Of a stretch of 64,000 nt of DNA, positions 52,779-64,000 are shown one piece after another. Below the pieces are notes generated by a model. The model worked only from the letters and a program-made list of their open reading frames with translations, was not told the DNA's origin and ran no database searches. This DNA comes from an uncultured Candidatus Rokubacteria bacterium (GTDB lineage: Bacteria > Methylomirabilota > Methylomirabilia > Rokubacteriales > CSP1-6): contig CAVVEU010000040.1 of NCBI GenBank assembly GCA_963747235.1, positions 480,001 to 544,000 of the forward strand. The letters are read 5' to 3'. Numbering within the stretch: the stretch's first letter is position 1; each line of letters opens with the position of its first letter. The position numbers and the translations under genes were made by a program.

Positions 52779-53958
52779 ATGAAGATCACGAAGGTGGAGT
52801 CCCTTCATGCCGACGGGGGCTGGCGCAGCCTCGACTTCCTCAAGATCAGCACCGACGAGGGCCTCGTCGGGTGGAGCGAGTACAACGAGTCCTTCGGCGG
52901 CGTCGGGGTCTCGGCGGCCATCGCCGGGCTCGCGCCGATGCTCATCGGCAAGGATCCGCGCCCCTGGGAGGCTCACGTGGCCCTGCTGTCCGCGGTGCGC
53001 CGGCAGGCCGCCGGCGGGGTGATCCAGCAGGCCATCGGGGCCATCGAGAACGCGCTCCTCGACATCAAGGCCCGCTCCCTCGGCGTGCCGGTCTACTCCC
53101 TCTTCGGCGGCCCGGTGCGCGACCGCATTCGCCTGTACTGGTCGCACTGCGCCACCTACCGGGTGAGCCGCGCCAAGGAGATGAGCATCCCGCCGGTGCG
53201 CACGCTCGACGACATCGTGGCGATGGGACGCGAGGTCGTGGCCAAGGGCTACACCGCGCTCAAGACCAACGCGCTCCTGCTGGGCGACAACCCGCGCGCG
53301 CACGTGCCCGGCTTCGGCCGCAGCGCCGGCTTCCCCGAGCTCAACGCCGACCGGCACGTGCTCGACGCCATGCGCGCCGAGCTCGCCGCCTTCCGCGAGG
53401 GCGCGGGGCCCGGCATGGACATCCTGGTGGACCTCAACTTCAACTACAAGACCGAGGGCTTCCTCAAGATGGCGCGCGCCATGGAGCCCTACGATCTCTT
53501 CTGGGTCGAGATGGACACGCGCGACGCGAAGGCGCTCGCCTACGTGCGCAGCCGCACCACGATCCCGGTCGCCTCGTGCGAGTGCCTCTTCGGCCGGCGG
53601 GACTACCGGCCGTTCTTCGAGCAGCAGGCGGTGGACGTGGCCATCATCGACACGCCGTGGAACGGCGTGGGCGAGTCGCTCAAGATCGCGGCGATGGCCG
53701 ACACCTACGAGATCAACGTGGCCCCGCACAACTTCTACGGCCACCTGGCCACCATGATGAACGCGCACTGGAGCGCGGTCGTCCCCAACCTGCGCATCAT
53801 GGAGACCGATCCCGACATGGTGCCGTGGCAGGACGACCTGGTGACCGTGACGCCGCGGATCGAGAACGGCCACCTGCTGCTGCCCACCGGCCCCGGCTGG
53901 GGCACCGAGGTGAACGAGGAGGCGGTCCGCGCGCACCCGCCGGAAGACCGACGGCTAG
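52779..53958 (+). CDS. Mandelate racemase/muconate-lactonizing (enolase superfamily) enzyme; indel near stop
   Basis: [36 protein letters not shown]. Confidence 0.88.
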
Positions 53959-55595
53959 CGCAGCGCCGCGTCCACGATCTCCTGCGCCTCGCGCACGATC
54001 GCGTCGAGGTGCGCGACGTCCCGGAAGCTCTCCGCGTAGATCTTGTAGATGTTCTCCGTCCCGGAGGGTCGCGCCGCGAACCAGCCGCTCGCGGCCACGA
54101 CCTTGAGGCCGCCGATCGGCGCGTCGTTGCCGGGCGCCCGGGTGAGCGTGGCGGTGATGGGCTCGCCCGCGAGCTGCGACGCCTTCACCGCGGCCGGCGA
54201 GAGCTTCCCGAGCCGCGCCTTCTGCTCGGGCGTCGCGGCGGCGTCGATGCGCGTGTAGCGGGGCGTGCCGAGCTCGGCGGCCAGCGCGTCGTAGTGCTCG
54301 CCGGGGTCCCGGCCGGTGCGCGCGGTGATCTCGGCGGCGAGCAGGTCCATGATCAGGCCGTCCTTGTCGGTCGCCCACGCGGTGCCGTCGCGCCGGAGGA
54401 AGCTGGCGCCGGCGCTCTCCTCGCCGCCGAAGCCGAGCGAGCCGTCGAGCAGGCCGGGCACGAACCACTTGAACCCCACCGGCACCTCGTACAGGCGCCG
54501 GCCCAGCTTCCGGGCCACCCGGTCGATCAGCCCGCTGCTGACCAGCGTCTTGCCGACCGCGGCGCCCGCGGGCCACGCGGGCCGGCTCGCGAACAGGTAG
54601 GCGATGGCGACGGCCAGGTAGTGGTTCGGGTTCATCAGGCCCGCGCCGGGCGTGACGATGCCGTGGCGGTCCGAATCCGGATCGTTCGCGAAGGCGACGC
54701 GATAGCGATCCTTGAGGCCGACGAGCCGGGCCATCGCGTAAGGGCTCGAGCAGTCCATGCGGATCTTGCCGTCGTGATCCACCGTCATGAACGAGAAGGT
54801 GGGATCGATCGTCGGGTTCACGATCGCCACGTCGAGCCCGTAGGCCGCGTTGATCGGCTCCCAGTAGGGCCGCGACGCGCCGCCGAGCGGATCCACCGCG
54901 AGCCGGAGCCCCGCCCCGCGAATGACGTCCATGTCCACCACGTTCCGCAGATCGTTCACGTAGGGCAGGACGAGGTCTTCCTGGTGCGTGGTCGCGACGC
55001 GGCATGCGCGCTCGTACGGCACACGCGCGACGCCCGCGTTGCCCGCCCGCAGCAGCGCGTTGGCGCGGTCCTGGACCCAGCCGGTCACGTCGGTGTCGGC
55101 GGGGCCGCCGTCGGGCGGGTTGTACTTGAAGCCGCCGTCCTCCGGCGGGTTGTGCGAGGGCGTCACCACGATGCCGTCCGCCAGGTGCGCGGCGCGGCCG
55201 CGGTTGTAGACCAGGATCGCGTGCGAGATGACCGGCGTCGGCGTCACGCCGTCCTCGCGCTGGATGATCGTCTCCACCCCGTTCGCGGCCAGCACCTCGA
55301 GCGCGGTGCGCTCGGCCGGCCCGGACACCGCGTGGGTGTCCTTGCCCATGTACAGCGGCCCGTCGATGCCGCGGCCGCGGCGGTAGTCGCAGATCGCCTG
55401 GGTGGTCGCCAGGATGTGCGCCTCGGTGAAGGACCCGCGCAGCGGGGAGCCGCGGTGCCCGCTCGTGCCGAACGCGACGAGCTGGTCCGGGTCGTCGGGG
55501 TCGGGCCGGCGCGCGTAGTACTCGCGCTCGAGGGCGCCGACGTCCACCAGCATCTCGCGCGGGGCCGGCTTCCCCGCGAGGGGAGAAACCGTCAC
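53955..55595 (-). CDS. pgm: Phosphoglucomutase
   Basis: [33 protein letters not shown]. Confidence 0.96.
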   Translation of the reverse strand: MTVSPLAGKPAPREMLVDVGALEREYYARRPDPDDPDQLVAFGTSGHRGSPLRGSFTEAHILATTQAICDYRRGRGIDGPLYMGKDTHAVSGPAERTALEVLAANGVETIIQREDGVTPTPVISHAILVYNRGRAAHLADGIVVTPSHNPPEDGGFKYNPPDGGPADTDVTGWVQDRANALLRAGNAGVARVPYERACRVATTHQEDLVLPYVNDLRNVVDMDVIRGAGLRLAVDPLGGASRPYWEPINAAYGLDVAIVNPTIDPTFSFMTVDHDGKIRMDCSSPYAMARLVGLKDRYRVAFANDPDSDRHGIVTPGAGLMNPNHYLAVAIAYLFASRPAWPAGAAVGKTLVSSGLIDRVARKLGRRLYEVPVGFKWFVPGLLDGSLGFGGEESAGASFLRRDGTAWATDKDGLIMDLLAAEITARTGRDPGEHYDALAAELGTPRYTRIDAAATPEQKARLGKLSPAAVKASQLAGEPITATLTRAPGNDAPIGGLKVVAASGWFAARPSGTENIYKIYAESFRDVAHLDAIVREAQEIVDAALR

Positions 55596-56288
55596 GGGCC
55601 ACCGGCGGCCGGGCGCGGGCCGCTCCAGAGCGCGTCGTCCGAGGCGACCCGCTGGTGCGCGTCACTCTGCTCGAGCGCCCGCATGACCTCGCGGGCCATC
55701 ATCTCGTACCAGTCGGCGACGTCCGTCGGGTAGTCGGCGTGGCTCTCCAGATCCTTGAGGATCGGCCCTTCCACGGTGGGGATATCGTGCTCTCCGTCGA
55801 ACTGCCGCTCATAGGGCCGGCCCTTGGCGGCGGCGGTCTCGGCGTCGATGGTCGCGTCGAGCTTCAGCCACCGGCCGTCGAGATAGGCCTCACCGAGGGA
55901 ATGGCGGGGCAGCGTGCGGTCGCCCCACAGGCGCCGGACTTCCTCGGACATGAACGGCTTGTCCGGACAGTGGAGCTGCTGGAACCCGATGCGCGCGGGG
56001 ATCCCGACCGCGCGGCACAGCGCGACGAACGAGCTGGCCTTGCCCATGCAGAAGGCGTGGCCGGCCTGGAGCACGTCGCTCGCGCGGTTGCCGGCCCTGG
56101 GCCAGGTAGCGAAACGAGGCGAGGATGTCGTAGGGCATGTCGCGCACGAAGTAGTAGATGCGCTCGAGCTTCTCGCGCTCGCTCGCGCAGCCCTCGGTCA
56201 GGCGCCGCGCCCGGGCGATCACGTCCGCGTGATCCGAATCGATGAACCGGGTGGGCTCGAGATAGCGCCGCCGCTCGTCGGCCTCCAT
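55592..56288 (-). CDS. Transglutaminase-like protein (frameshift ~56090)
   Basis: [51 protein letters not shown] (C-H-D). Confidence 0.85.
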
Positions 56289-56312
56289 GCTGTCGTCCTT
56301 TCTCGCTGACAC

Positions 56313-57328
56313 CTAGGGAACCGCGAACTCCTGGCGCAGCGCCGGGAGCACCCGGCGCCCGACCAGCTCCAGCGCGGGGCTCGAGGCCACGTCCGGAATC
56401 GTGAACAGGAAGTGCCGCACCCCCGCCCGGACGTACTGCCGGATCCGCGCGACGCACGCCTCCGGGCGTGCCGGCCACGTGCCCCTCGCCCGGGATCCCC
56501 GCGAAGCGCTCCCGCGTCGCGGCGGCCCGCCCCGCCTCGGTGTCGGCGATCAGCAGCGCGGTGACCGAGCGCGCGAGCGCGGCCGGATCGCGGCCGGCCT
56601 CGCGGCACGCCGCGTCGAGATAGGCGGCGCGCCCCGCGATCCGGTCCGGGCCCCACCAGCGCACGTTGACCCCGTCCGCCGCGCGCGCGGCCAGCCGGTG
56701 CACGCGGTCGCCCTCGCCGCCGATCCAGATCGGCGGATGCGGCCGCTGGCGCGGGGGCGGATCGCACAGCGCCCCGTCGATGGCGTAGTGCCGGCCCTCG
56801 GAAGCGCGGGTGCGCCTCCGTCCACATGCGCCGGATGATCTCGACGCCCTCCGCGAGCTGGTCGATCCGCTCGCCGATGCGCGGGAACGGGATGCCGTAG
56901 GCGCGGTACTCCTGCTCGAACCACCCGGCGCCCAGCCCCAGGTCGAGCCGCCCCTCGCTGATCACGTCGAGGGTCGCCGCCATCTTGGCCAGCACCGCGG
57001 GCGACCGGTAGGAATGGCACAGCACGCTGGTGCCGAGGCGGAGCCGGGTGGTGTCGCGGGCGAGCGCGGACAGCGCGGTCCAGCATTCGAGCAGCGGCAT
57101 CGAGCGCGTCTCCGGGCCACGCGCGCCGCCGCCCGCGCGCCCCGCGATGCCCGCGTCCTCGACGTAGGCGTCGGGCGCCAGGGTGAGGAAGTGATCGCAG
57201 AGCCAGATCGAGTCGAAGCCGAGCTCCTCGGCGAGGCCGGCCACTCGACGCATGTCTTCGTAGGACGTCACCGCGAGGCCGCGGATCGTGAGGGCGAGGA
57301 TGAGGCCGAAGTGCAGGTCCCTGGGCAA
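56313..57328 (-). CDS. LLM-class (possibly F420-dependent) oxidoreductase, frameshifts ~56465 and ~56800
   Basis: GFDSIWLCDHF, LECWTALSALA, LAKMAATLDVISEGRL, GLGAGWFEQE. Confidence 0.85.
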
Positions 57329-57453
57329 GGCCGATCTCCACGCGGAGCCTATCACAGCGCCGCGGGGGCCGGGAGTGGACGCCGCCGCGGCGCGCGTGTT
57401 ATAAGGCTGTCGCGTCAGCCTCACATCTCGCGCCTCAGAGCGGAGGAATCACC

Positions 57454-58713
57454 ATGAAGCCCACCACGCGGCGAACGATGCTCAAGACCCTCGCGGGAGC
57501 CGGCGCGGTCAGCGCGGTCTCCGGCTTCCCCTTCGTCAACCGGCTCGCCCTGGGCCAGCAGGCGCTCAAGCTCGGCGTGGTGGTGCCCATGACCGGGCCG
57601 ATGGCGCTCGAGGCCCAGGAGATGCTGACCGCCACCCAGATCGCGGTCGAGGACATCAACGCGGCGGGCGGCGTGATGGGCCGGAAGGTCGAGACGGTCA
57701 TCCGCGACTCCGAGTTCAAGCCCGAGGTGGCGAAGCGCAAGGCCACCGAGCTGATCGAGGTGGAGAAGGCGGCGTTCCTGGTCGGCGCCATCGTGGGCTT
57801 CGAGGGGATCGCGATGGCGGAGGTCGGCTGCAAGAACGACGTGATCGTGGCCTTCTTCGGCCAGAACTTCCTGACCATCAAGGGCAAGATGTGCAAGTAC
57901 CAGTTCGGCAACAACCTCACGCCCTACCAGACCGCGGCCGCCGCCGCCCACTTCGTGGATGCGCAGAAGATGGGCAAGAAGTGGCACATGCTCGCCAACA
58001 ACTACTCGTGGCCGCAGATGTTCGAGCGCGCCTACTCGCTGGTGGCCAAGCAGGTCGGCGCCGAGTGGACCGGCGTGACGTGGGCCCCGCTGGGCACGCG
58101 CGACTTCCTCCCCTTCCTGCCCAAGGTGGCCGCGGCCAAGGCCGACGTCGTCTTCATCACCACGTGGGCCGCCGACCAGGTGGCGTGCGCGAAGCAGGTG
58201 CAGGAGTTCGGCCTCGCCAAGCAGTCGCGGGTCATCCACTCCATCACCGAGCTCACCTTCGCGGAGGCCGCGGGCGCGGGCGTCTACGAGAACTTCTACT
58301 CGGGGATGCCGTGGTACTGGCACCTGAAAGACAAGTTCCCGGCCGCCAAGCGCTACTACGACCGGCACGTGGCGCTCCGCAAGCGCGCCCCCTCCGGGTA
58401 CACCGCGTCCACCTACTCCACGGTGCGCCTGCTGCTCGAGACCGCGAACGAGGTCAAGTCGCTCGAGACCGACAAGGTGACCCGCGCCCTCGAGGGCCGG
58501 AAGTTCCAGCACCTCAAGGGCCCCGAGCAGATCCGGGCCTGCGACCACGTGAACCAGCAAGAGGTCTACCTCTGCAAGGGCAAGCCCGCCTCTGCGATGA
58601 AGGACGCGTGGGACTTCTTCGACATCGTGCAGAGCGTGAGCGGCGAGACGATCTCCGAGTCGTGCGAGGGCGAAGGCTTCGATTCGAAGAAGCCCCTGAG
58701 CCAGCAGATCTGA
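57454..58713 (+). CDS. Branched-chain-amino-acid-type ABC substrate-binding protein (Tat)
   Basis: TRRTMLK signal; INAAGGVMGRKVE; IRACDH. Confidence 0.9.
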   Translation: MKPTTRRTMLKTLAGAGAVSAVSGFPFVNRLALGQQALKLGVVVPMTGPMALEAQEMLTATQIAVEDINAAGGVMGRKVETVIRDSEFKPEVAKRKATELIEVEKAAFLVGAIVGFEGIAMAEVGCKNDVIVAFFGQNFLTIKGKMCKYQFGNNLTPYQTAAAAAHFVDAQKMGKKWHMLANNYSWPQMFERAYSLVAKQVGAEWTGVTWAPLGTRDFLPFLPKVAAAKADVVFITTWAADQVACAKQVQEFGLAKQSRVIHSITELTFAEAAGAGVYENFYSGMPWYWHLKDKFPAAKRYYDRHVALRKRAPSGYTASTYSTVRLLLETANEVKSLETDKVTRALEGRKFQHLKGPEQIRACDHVNQQEVYLCKGKPASAMKDAWDFFDIVQSVSGETISESCEGEGFDSKKPLSQQI

Positions 58714-59612
58714 CGCTCTTCGGCTTTCCGCTCGACGTCTGGTACGCGCAGCTCTTCATCGGCCTGGTGAACGGCTGCATCCTGATCCTGGTCGCGCTGG
58801 GCCTGTCCATCGTGTTCGGGCTCATGGGCATCATCAACTTCGCCCATGGGATCTTCTACATGCTGGGGGCCTACGCGGGCTGGCTCACCATCCAGCTCAC
58901 CGGGAGCTTCTGGCTCGCCCTGCTCACCGCGCCGCTGGCGGTCGGCCTCGTCGGCGTCCTCGTCGAGCGCGGCGTGCTCAAGCGCATCTACGGGACCAAG
59001 AACGCGAACTTCGCGGGCGTGCTGGTGACCTACGGCCTCGCGATCATGATTCCGGACCTGGTGCGGATGACCTTCGGCCGCCCCGGCAAGCCGTTCGCGA
59101 TCCCGGAGGCGCTCTCCGGCTCGCTCTTCCGGATCGGCGCCCTCGACGTCCACAGCTACCGCGTCTTCATCCTGGTCGTCACCGCGGCGCTGCTGCCGCT
59201 GCTCTGGCTCCTGCTGAACAAGACCAACCTCGGCCTCGTGATCCGGGCCGGCACCAGCGACAACCTCATGGTGCAGCTCCTCGGCATCAACGTGGCCCGC
59301 ACGTGGACGACCACCTACGCCCTCGGCGCGGCGCTCGCCGCCTTCGCGGGCGTGATCACCGCCCCGCTGGTGGCGGTGGCTCCGGAGATGGGCGGGCTCG
59401 TGCTCATCGAGTGCTTCATCGTCACGGTGGTCGGCGGCATGGGGACCTTTCTGGGGGTGGTCGCGGGCGGGCTCCTCATCGGCGAGACCCTGGCCCTGAC
59501 CGGCATGGTCTACGACGTGCTGGCCGACGTGGTCATCTACCTCGCGATGGCGCTCGTGCTGCTCGTGCGGCCGCGGGGATTGTTCGGCCAGGAGGGGATG
59601 TCCGAGGAGTGA
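58710..59612 (+). CDS. LivH-like ABC permease
   Basis: GLSIVFGLMGIINFAHG, GLVIRA, VVGGMG, RPRGLFG; probable CTG start overlapping upstream TGA. Confidence 0.9.
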   Translation: MTLFGFPLDVWYAQLFIGLVNGCILILVALGLSIVFGLMGIINFAHGIFYMLGAYAGWLTIQLTGSFWLALLTAPLAVGLVGVLVERGVLKRIYGTKNANFAGVLVTYGLAIMIPDLVRMTFGRPGKPFAIPEALSGSLFRIGALDVHSYRVFILVVTAALLPLLWLLLNKTNLGLVIRAGTSDNLMVQLLGINVARTWTTTYALGAALAAFAGVITAPLVAVAPEMGGLVLIECFIVTVVGGMGTFLGVVAGGLLIGETLALTGMVYDVLADVVIYLAMALVLLVRPRGLFGQEGMSEE

Positions 59613-61367
59613 GAGGCCTGGTTCTGGCCGCGCTGGTGCTCGTCACCGCGCCGCTCTACGCCGACTACACGCCGTTCTACCTGGGCCTGCTCACCGAGGT
59701 CCTGGTCTTCGGCCTCTTCGCCCTGGCCTACGACGTGCTGCTCGGCCACGCGGGCGTGCTCTCGCTCGGGCCACTCCGCGTTCCTCGGCGTGGCCGCCTA
59801 CGTCACCGGCATCCTCCTGGCCCGCTACCATCTCCCGCTCGAGCTGAGCCTCCTGGCCGGGGCGGTCGGGGGCCTCCTCACCTCGCTGATCCTCGGCGTC
59901 CTGGTCCTGCGCAAGCGCGGCGTGTATCTGGCCATGCTCACCCTGGCGCTCTCGCAGGTCTTCTACTACGTCGTGCTCATGTGGACGCCGGTGACCGGCG
60001 GCACCGACGGCCTCGGCAACCTGCCCATCCTCTACCTGAGCGATCCTCTCGGCTGGCGACTCTCCAAGCGGCCGATCACGCGCTACTACGTGATCGCCGC
60101 GTGCATCTTCCTCGCGATGCTCGCCATCCGCCACCTGCTCCGCTCGCCGCTCGGGCGCGTGATGCGCGCGGTGAAGGCCAACGAGACGCGCGCGTCCGCG
60201 TGCGGCTACGATACCCGCCGCGTCCGGCTCGCCGCCTTCGCGATCTCGGGCTTCTTCTCGGGGCTGGCCGGCGCGCTGCTCACCATCGTCCTCGAGTTCG
60301 TGCCGATCGAGAACATCCACTGGACCATGTCGGGCTCGGTGCTGATCATGACGCTCTTCGGCGGCACCGGCACCCTGCTGGGCCCCTTCGTCGGCGCCGG
60401 CGTCTTCATCTGGATGCGCGATTTCCTGAGCAAGTACCTCGAGTACTGGGAGGTCTTCGTCGGGGGCGCCTTCGTGCTGATCGTCCTCTTCCTCCCCGAC
60501 GGCATCGTGGGCAGCCTGACCCGGCTCATCGCGGGACGCCGGGCGCCGGCGCCGGTCGCCGCGGCCGAGGGCGACCAGGTCCTGGAGCCCGAGCGGCTGG
60601 TCGGCGCGCGCCGCCGGCCGAGGCCGGAGGACGGGCGGCTGCTCGAGAGCCAGGGCCTCACCAAGACCTTCGGGGGCCTCACCGCGGTCAACCGGGTGGA
60701 CTTCCAGGTGCAGGCGGGCGAGCTGCGCTCGGTCATCGGCCCGAACGGCGCGGGCAAGACCACCTTCTTCCATCTCCTCACCGGCGTGCTGCCGCCGTCG
60801 AGCGGCCGCATCCTGTTCAGGGGCCGGGACATCACCGGGCTGCCCGCGCACGCGGTCTCGCGCCTGGGCATCGCGCGCTCCTACCAGGTGACCAACATCT
60901 TCGGCGACCTCACCGTCTTCGAGAACGTCCGCATCGCGGCCCAGTCGCGGGTCACCCACTACCGCTTCTGGGGCAACGCGGACGGGCTCACCGCGGTGAA
61001 CGAGCGCGCCGACGAGATCCTCCGCCACCTGGGCCTGGCCCCCAAGCGCCTCGCGCGGGCCAGCGAGCTCTCGCACGGCGAGCAGCGGTACCTCGAGATC
61101 GGCATCGCGCTCGCCACCGACCCCGACTTCCTCCTGCTCGACGAGCCGACCGCGGGCATGAGCCCGGACGAGACCCAGCGCACCGCCGCCTTCGTGCGCC
61201 GGCTGGCCGGCCACGTCACGATCGTGGTGGTGGAGCACGACATGGAGGTGGTGATGGGGATCTCCGACCGCATCACCGTGCTCAACTACGGCGAGATCCT
61301 CGCCGAGGGCAGCCCGGCCGAGATCCGCGAGAACGCCGACGTGCGGCGCGTCTACCTCAGGGACTGA
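59609..61367 (+). CDS. LivM-LivG fusion (permease + ATPase; frameshift ~59770)
   Basis: GVYLAMLTLA, TGGTDG, PDGIVG, then GPNGAGKTT, LSHGEQR, DEPTAG, VEHDM in one frame. Confidence 0.88.
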
Positions 61368-61388
61368 GCCGGGGGGACCGAGCGGGCC

Positions 61389-62093
61389 ATGCTGCGGGTC
61401 GAGAGCGTCGATGCCTACTACGGCCTGAGCCACGTGCTGCAGGGCGTGTCGCTCACCGTGGAAGCGGGCGAGGCGGTGGCGCTGCTCGGGCGCAACGGGG
61501 CGGGCAAGACCACCACGCTCAAGACGATCATGGCGGTGCTGCGCGCGCGCCGGGGCCGGATCACGTGGAACGGCGAGGACATCACGGCCCTGGCTCCCTA
61601 CCGCATCGTGCAGGCGGGCATCGGGTACGTCCCCGAGGAGCGGCGGATCTTCCCCAACCTCAGCGTGTACGAGAACCTCAAGATGGCCCGCCTCACCACC
61701 GACGGCGGCCGGCACATGGAGGAGTACGTCGCGCGCGTGCTCGAGCTCTTCCCGCCCCTCGCCGATCGCCTGTCCAGCAAGGGCAAGACGCTCAGCGGCG
61801 GCGAGCAGCAGATGCTGACCATGGCGCGGAGCCTCGGCACCAATCCCAAGCTCCTGCTCATCGACGAGCCCACCGAGGGGCTCATGCCCGCCTTCGTCGA
61901 GACGATCGGCCGCACGATCACCGAGATCCAGCGCCAGGGCGTCGCGGTGCTCCTGGTGGAGCAGAACACGCGGCTCGCGCTCGAAGCGACCCAGCGTGTC
62001 TACGTGATCGAGAAGGGCATGATCAAGCACGAGGCGCGCTCGAGCGACCTCGCGGGCGACGCGGAAGCCCGCCGCCGCTACCTCGGAGTGTGA
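61389..62093 (+). CDS. LivF-like ABC ATP-binding protein
   Basis: GRNGAGKTT, LSGGEQQML, DEPTEGL, VEQN. Confidence 0.93.
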   Translation: MLRVESVDAYYGLSHVLQGVSLTVEAGEAVALLGRNGAGKTTTLKTIMAVLRARRGRITWNGEDITALAPYRIVQAGIGYVPEERRIFPNLSVYENLKMARLTTDGGRHMEEYVARVLELFPPLADRLSSKGKTLSGGEQQMLTMARSLGTNPKLLLIDEPTEGLMPAFVETIGRTITEIQRQGVAVLLVEQNTRLALEATQRVYVIEKGMIKHEARSSDLAGDAEARRRYLGV

Positions 62094-62099
62094 TCCTCC

Positions 62100-62165
62100 C
62101 CCTCTCCCCTTGGGGGAGAGGGCAGGGTGAGGGGCCCGGGGGTGAGGGGCCCGGGGGTGAGGGGC
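62100..62165. repeat. REP-like repeat family B, copy 2, followed by 15-bp tandem expansion
   Basis: Hairpin + 22-bp core, then unit GGTGAGGGGCCCGGG repeated ~2.7 times from 62126. Confidence 0.85.
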
Positions 62166-62174
62166 TGCGAGGGG

Positions 62175-62753
62175 CTACGGCAGCAGATCCGCCACCGAGA
62201 TGCGCGCCCCCGGCGCCACGAGCGGCGCGGCCGACGACCCGGAGGACAGCACCTCGGTCCACGCGTAGCGCCACCCAAAGCGCGCGGTAGGATCCTCACG
62301 CGGCTCGCGGTAGACCTCGAGCACCCGGTCCACGAGGTTCAGGATCCAGTAGTCGGCGACGCCGGCCTGGGCATAGAGACTCCCCTTGTGCTCGCGGTCG
62401 AGCGCGAGGCTCGACTCGGCGACCTCGACGACGAGCGCGGGGCGCGAGGGATGCTCGTCGCGGTAGTCGCGTCGGGTGCCGCGCGTCACCGCGACGTCGG
62501 GCTCCGGCTCGGAGTCGTCGGTGAGCGCGAGCGGCCCCTGGGATCGGACCAGCCATCCCCGCCCGAGCGCGGCCCGGAGCGCGTCGTCCACGAGACCGAT
62601 CGCCGTGTAGTGCGCGCTCCCCTGGGGCTCGCTCACCATCAGCTCCCCGCCGAGCAGCTCGACCGGCTCGCCCGGCTGGAAGATGCCGGCCTCGATCAGG
62701 CGCGCGTACTCGGCGCGTGTCCAGCGGCGGAGACGGGCGGGATGGGTCTCCAT
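62175..62753 (-). CDS. Uma2 family (PD-(D/E)xK) endonuclease
   Basis: VELLGGEL, SEPEPDVAV, LVVEVAESSLALDREHK, YAQAGVADYWILNL. Confidence 0.92.
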   Translation of the reverse strand: METHPARLRRWTRAEYARLIEAGIFQPGEPVELLGGELMVSEPQGSAHYTAIGLVDDALRAALGRGWLVRSQGPLALTDDSEPEPDVAVTRGTRRDYRDEHPSRPALVVEVAESSLALDREHKGSLYAQAGVADYWILNLVDRVLEVYREPREDPTARFGWRYAWTEVLSSGSSAAPLVAPGARISVADLLP

Positions 62754-62812
62754 GCGCGAAGGCTAGCGCGCCGGAGAAGCGGGCGTCAATGTCGGGAGGG
62801 AGATACCCCCTC

Positions 62813-62847
62813 CCCCTCACCCTGCCCTCTCCCCAGAGGAGAGAGGG
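62813..62847. repeat. REP-like repeat family B, copy 3 (inverted relative to copy 2)
   Basis: CCCCTCACCCTGCCCTCTCCCC (reverse complement of the core) followed by AGAGGAGAGAGGG. Confidence 0.85.
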
Positions 62848-62867
62848 GGAGAAGGAGGAGAGGCGCT

Positions 62868-64000
62868 CTACAGCTTGCCGAGGGCGCGGAGGATGACCTC
62901 GGGAGTCATGGGGACGCGGCTGACGCGCGCCTTGAACGGGCTGAGCGCGTCGTTGACCGCGTTGAGGATCGCGCCGGGCGCGCCCGCGACGCCGCCCTCG
63001 CCCGCGCCCTTGAAGCCGCCCTCGGAGTAGGCGGTCGGCGTCTCGACGTGCGCGACCCCGATGTCGGGGAGCTCCACCGCCATCGGAACCAGGTAGTCCA
63101 TCATGGTGGTGGTCAGGAGCTGGCCCTGCTCGTCGTAGACGCAGTGCTCGAAGAGCGCGTCGCCGATGCCGTGGGCGACGCCGCCCGCGCACCTGCTCGT
63201 CCACCAGCATCGGGTTGATGATGCGGCCGCAGTCCTCCGCGACCCAGTGGCCGAGGAGCTTGACGAAGCCGGTCTCCACGTCCACCTCCACGTAGGAGAG
63301 CTGCACGCCGTTGGTGTAGGCGAGCGGCTGATGCCGGGGCACGTAGTGGCGCGTCACGGTCAGCTCGGACTGGAAGTCCTTGGGGAGCTGGTCGGGCCGG
63401 AAATACGCCACCCGCCCGAGCTCGGAGAGCGGCAGGCGCGACTCGCCGGTCCGCGCGTCGACGATGTGGCCGCCGCGGACGTCGAGATCGAGCGCGTCCA
63501 CCTCGAGCACGACCGCCGCGACCTTGAGGATGTTCTCCTTGAGCGCCCGGCCGGTCAGGATCGTGGCCTCGCCGCCGATGCCCGCGCCGCGGCTGCCCCA
63601 GGTGCCGCCGCCGTACGGCGTGACCATGGTGTCGCCGGTGACGACGCGCACGTCCTCGATCGGGACGCCCACCGTCGCCGCCGCCACCTGGGCCAGGATC
63701 GTGTCGGTCCCCTGCCCCTGCTCGGTGACGCTCGAGATGACGGTCAGCTTGCCGGTCGGCTCGAGCCGGATCGTGGTGCCGTCCTGCGACGAGATGCGCG
63801 CCCCGCCGGTGCCGTAGGTCTGGGCGCCCGGCACGGTGAGGTCGATGAAGACGCAGAGGCCGAGCCCGCGGTAGACGCCCTGCGCGCGCAGCCGATCGCG
63901 CTCCGCGCAGAGATCCTGGTAGCCGGCCAGGGTCAGCACCGCGTCGAGCGATTCCTCGTGCGAGAGCTTCTCGAAGAACAGGCCGGTGGGCGCGGTGTAC
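62868..64000 (-). CDS. Xanthine dehydrogenase/CoxL family molybdopterin subunit, C-terminal part (frameshift ~63190)
   Basis: QGQGTDT, GTWGSRG, VEVDVETG, DCGRIINP, KGAGEGG, NAVNDAL. Confidence 0.9.

Noticed and set aside
52779-55733. 984-aa enolase-family ORF overlapping pgm antisense
   Set aside because: A 1-bp indel near 53940 removes the TAG at 53956-53958; the extension is only pgm antisense
62126-62165. Short tandem repeat as a possible CRISPR array
   Set aside because: 15-bp units with no spacers and no cas genes; better explained as slippage of the repeat tail

Overview
High-GC bacterial chromosomal segment, densely coding with about 63 genes. Gene content (many ABC solute-binding proteins, luciferase-like monooxygenases, amidohydrolases, Uma2, Mo/W oxidoreductases) resembles a soil heterotroph such as Ca. 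Rokubacteria/Methylomirabilota; this is inference only, as no marker gene is present. About 20 otherwise intact genes, including ahcY, carry single-base frameshifts that look like long-read indel errors, so coordinates of broken genes are approximate. Recognisable loci: aldehyde:ferredoxin oxidoreductase, Anbu-type proteasome-like protease divergent from a transglutaminase, two ABC importer operons, two hybrid histidine kinases, a thiolase/DUF35/amidohydrolase/IclR operon, a PQQ-type dehydrogenase with cytochrome c4, SAH riboswitch + ahcY, pgm, and a xanthine-dehydrogenase-family subunit. Best candidates for undescribed systems: (1) a coupled operon of an output-less CHASE2 membrane sensor, a small secreted Cys protein ending in GATRG, and an M48-TPR lipoprotein protease (10.5-14.2 kb); (2) a Uma2 nuclease gene bracketed by inverted copies of a dispersed REP-like repeat (62.1-62.85 kb); (3) an orphan UreE-like chaperone coupled to an unknown Cys/His protein (38.2-39.3 kb); (4) a DinB + Ni-permease cassette flanked by an exact 16-bp direct repeat. 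No rRNA, tRNA, CRISPR array or transposase was recognised.
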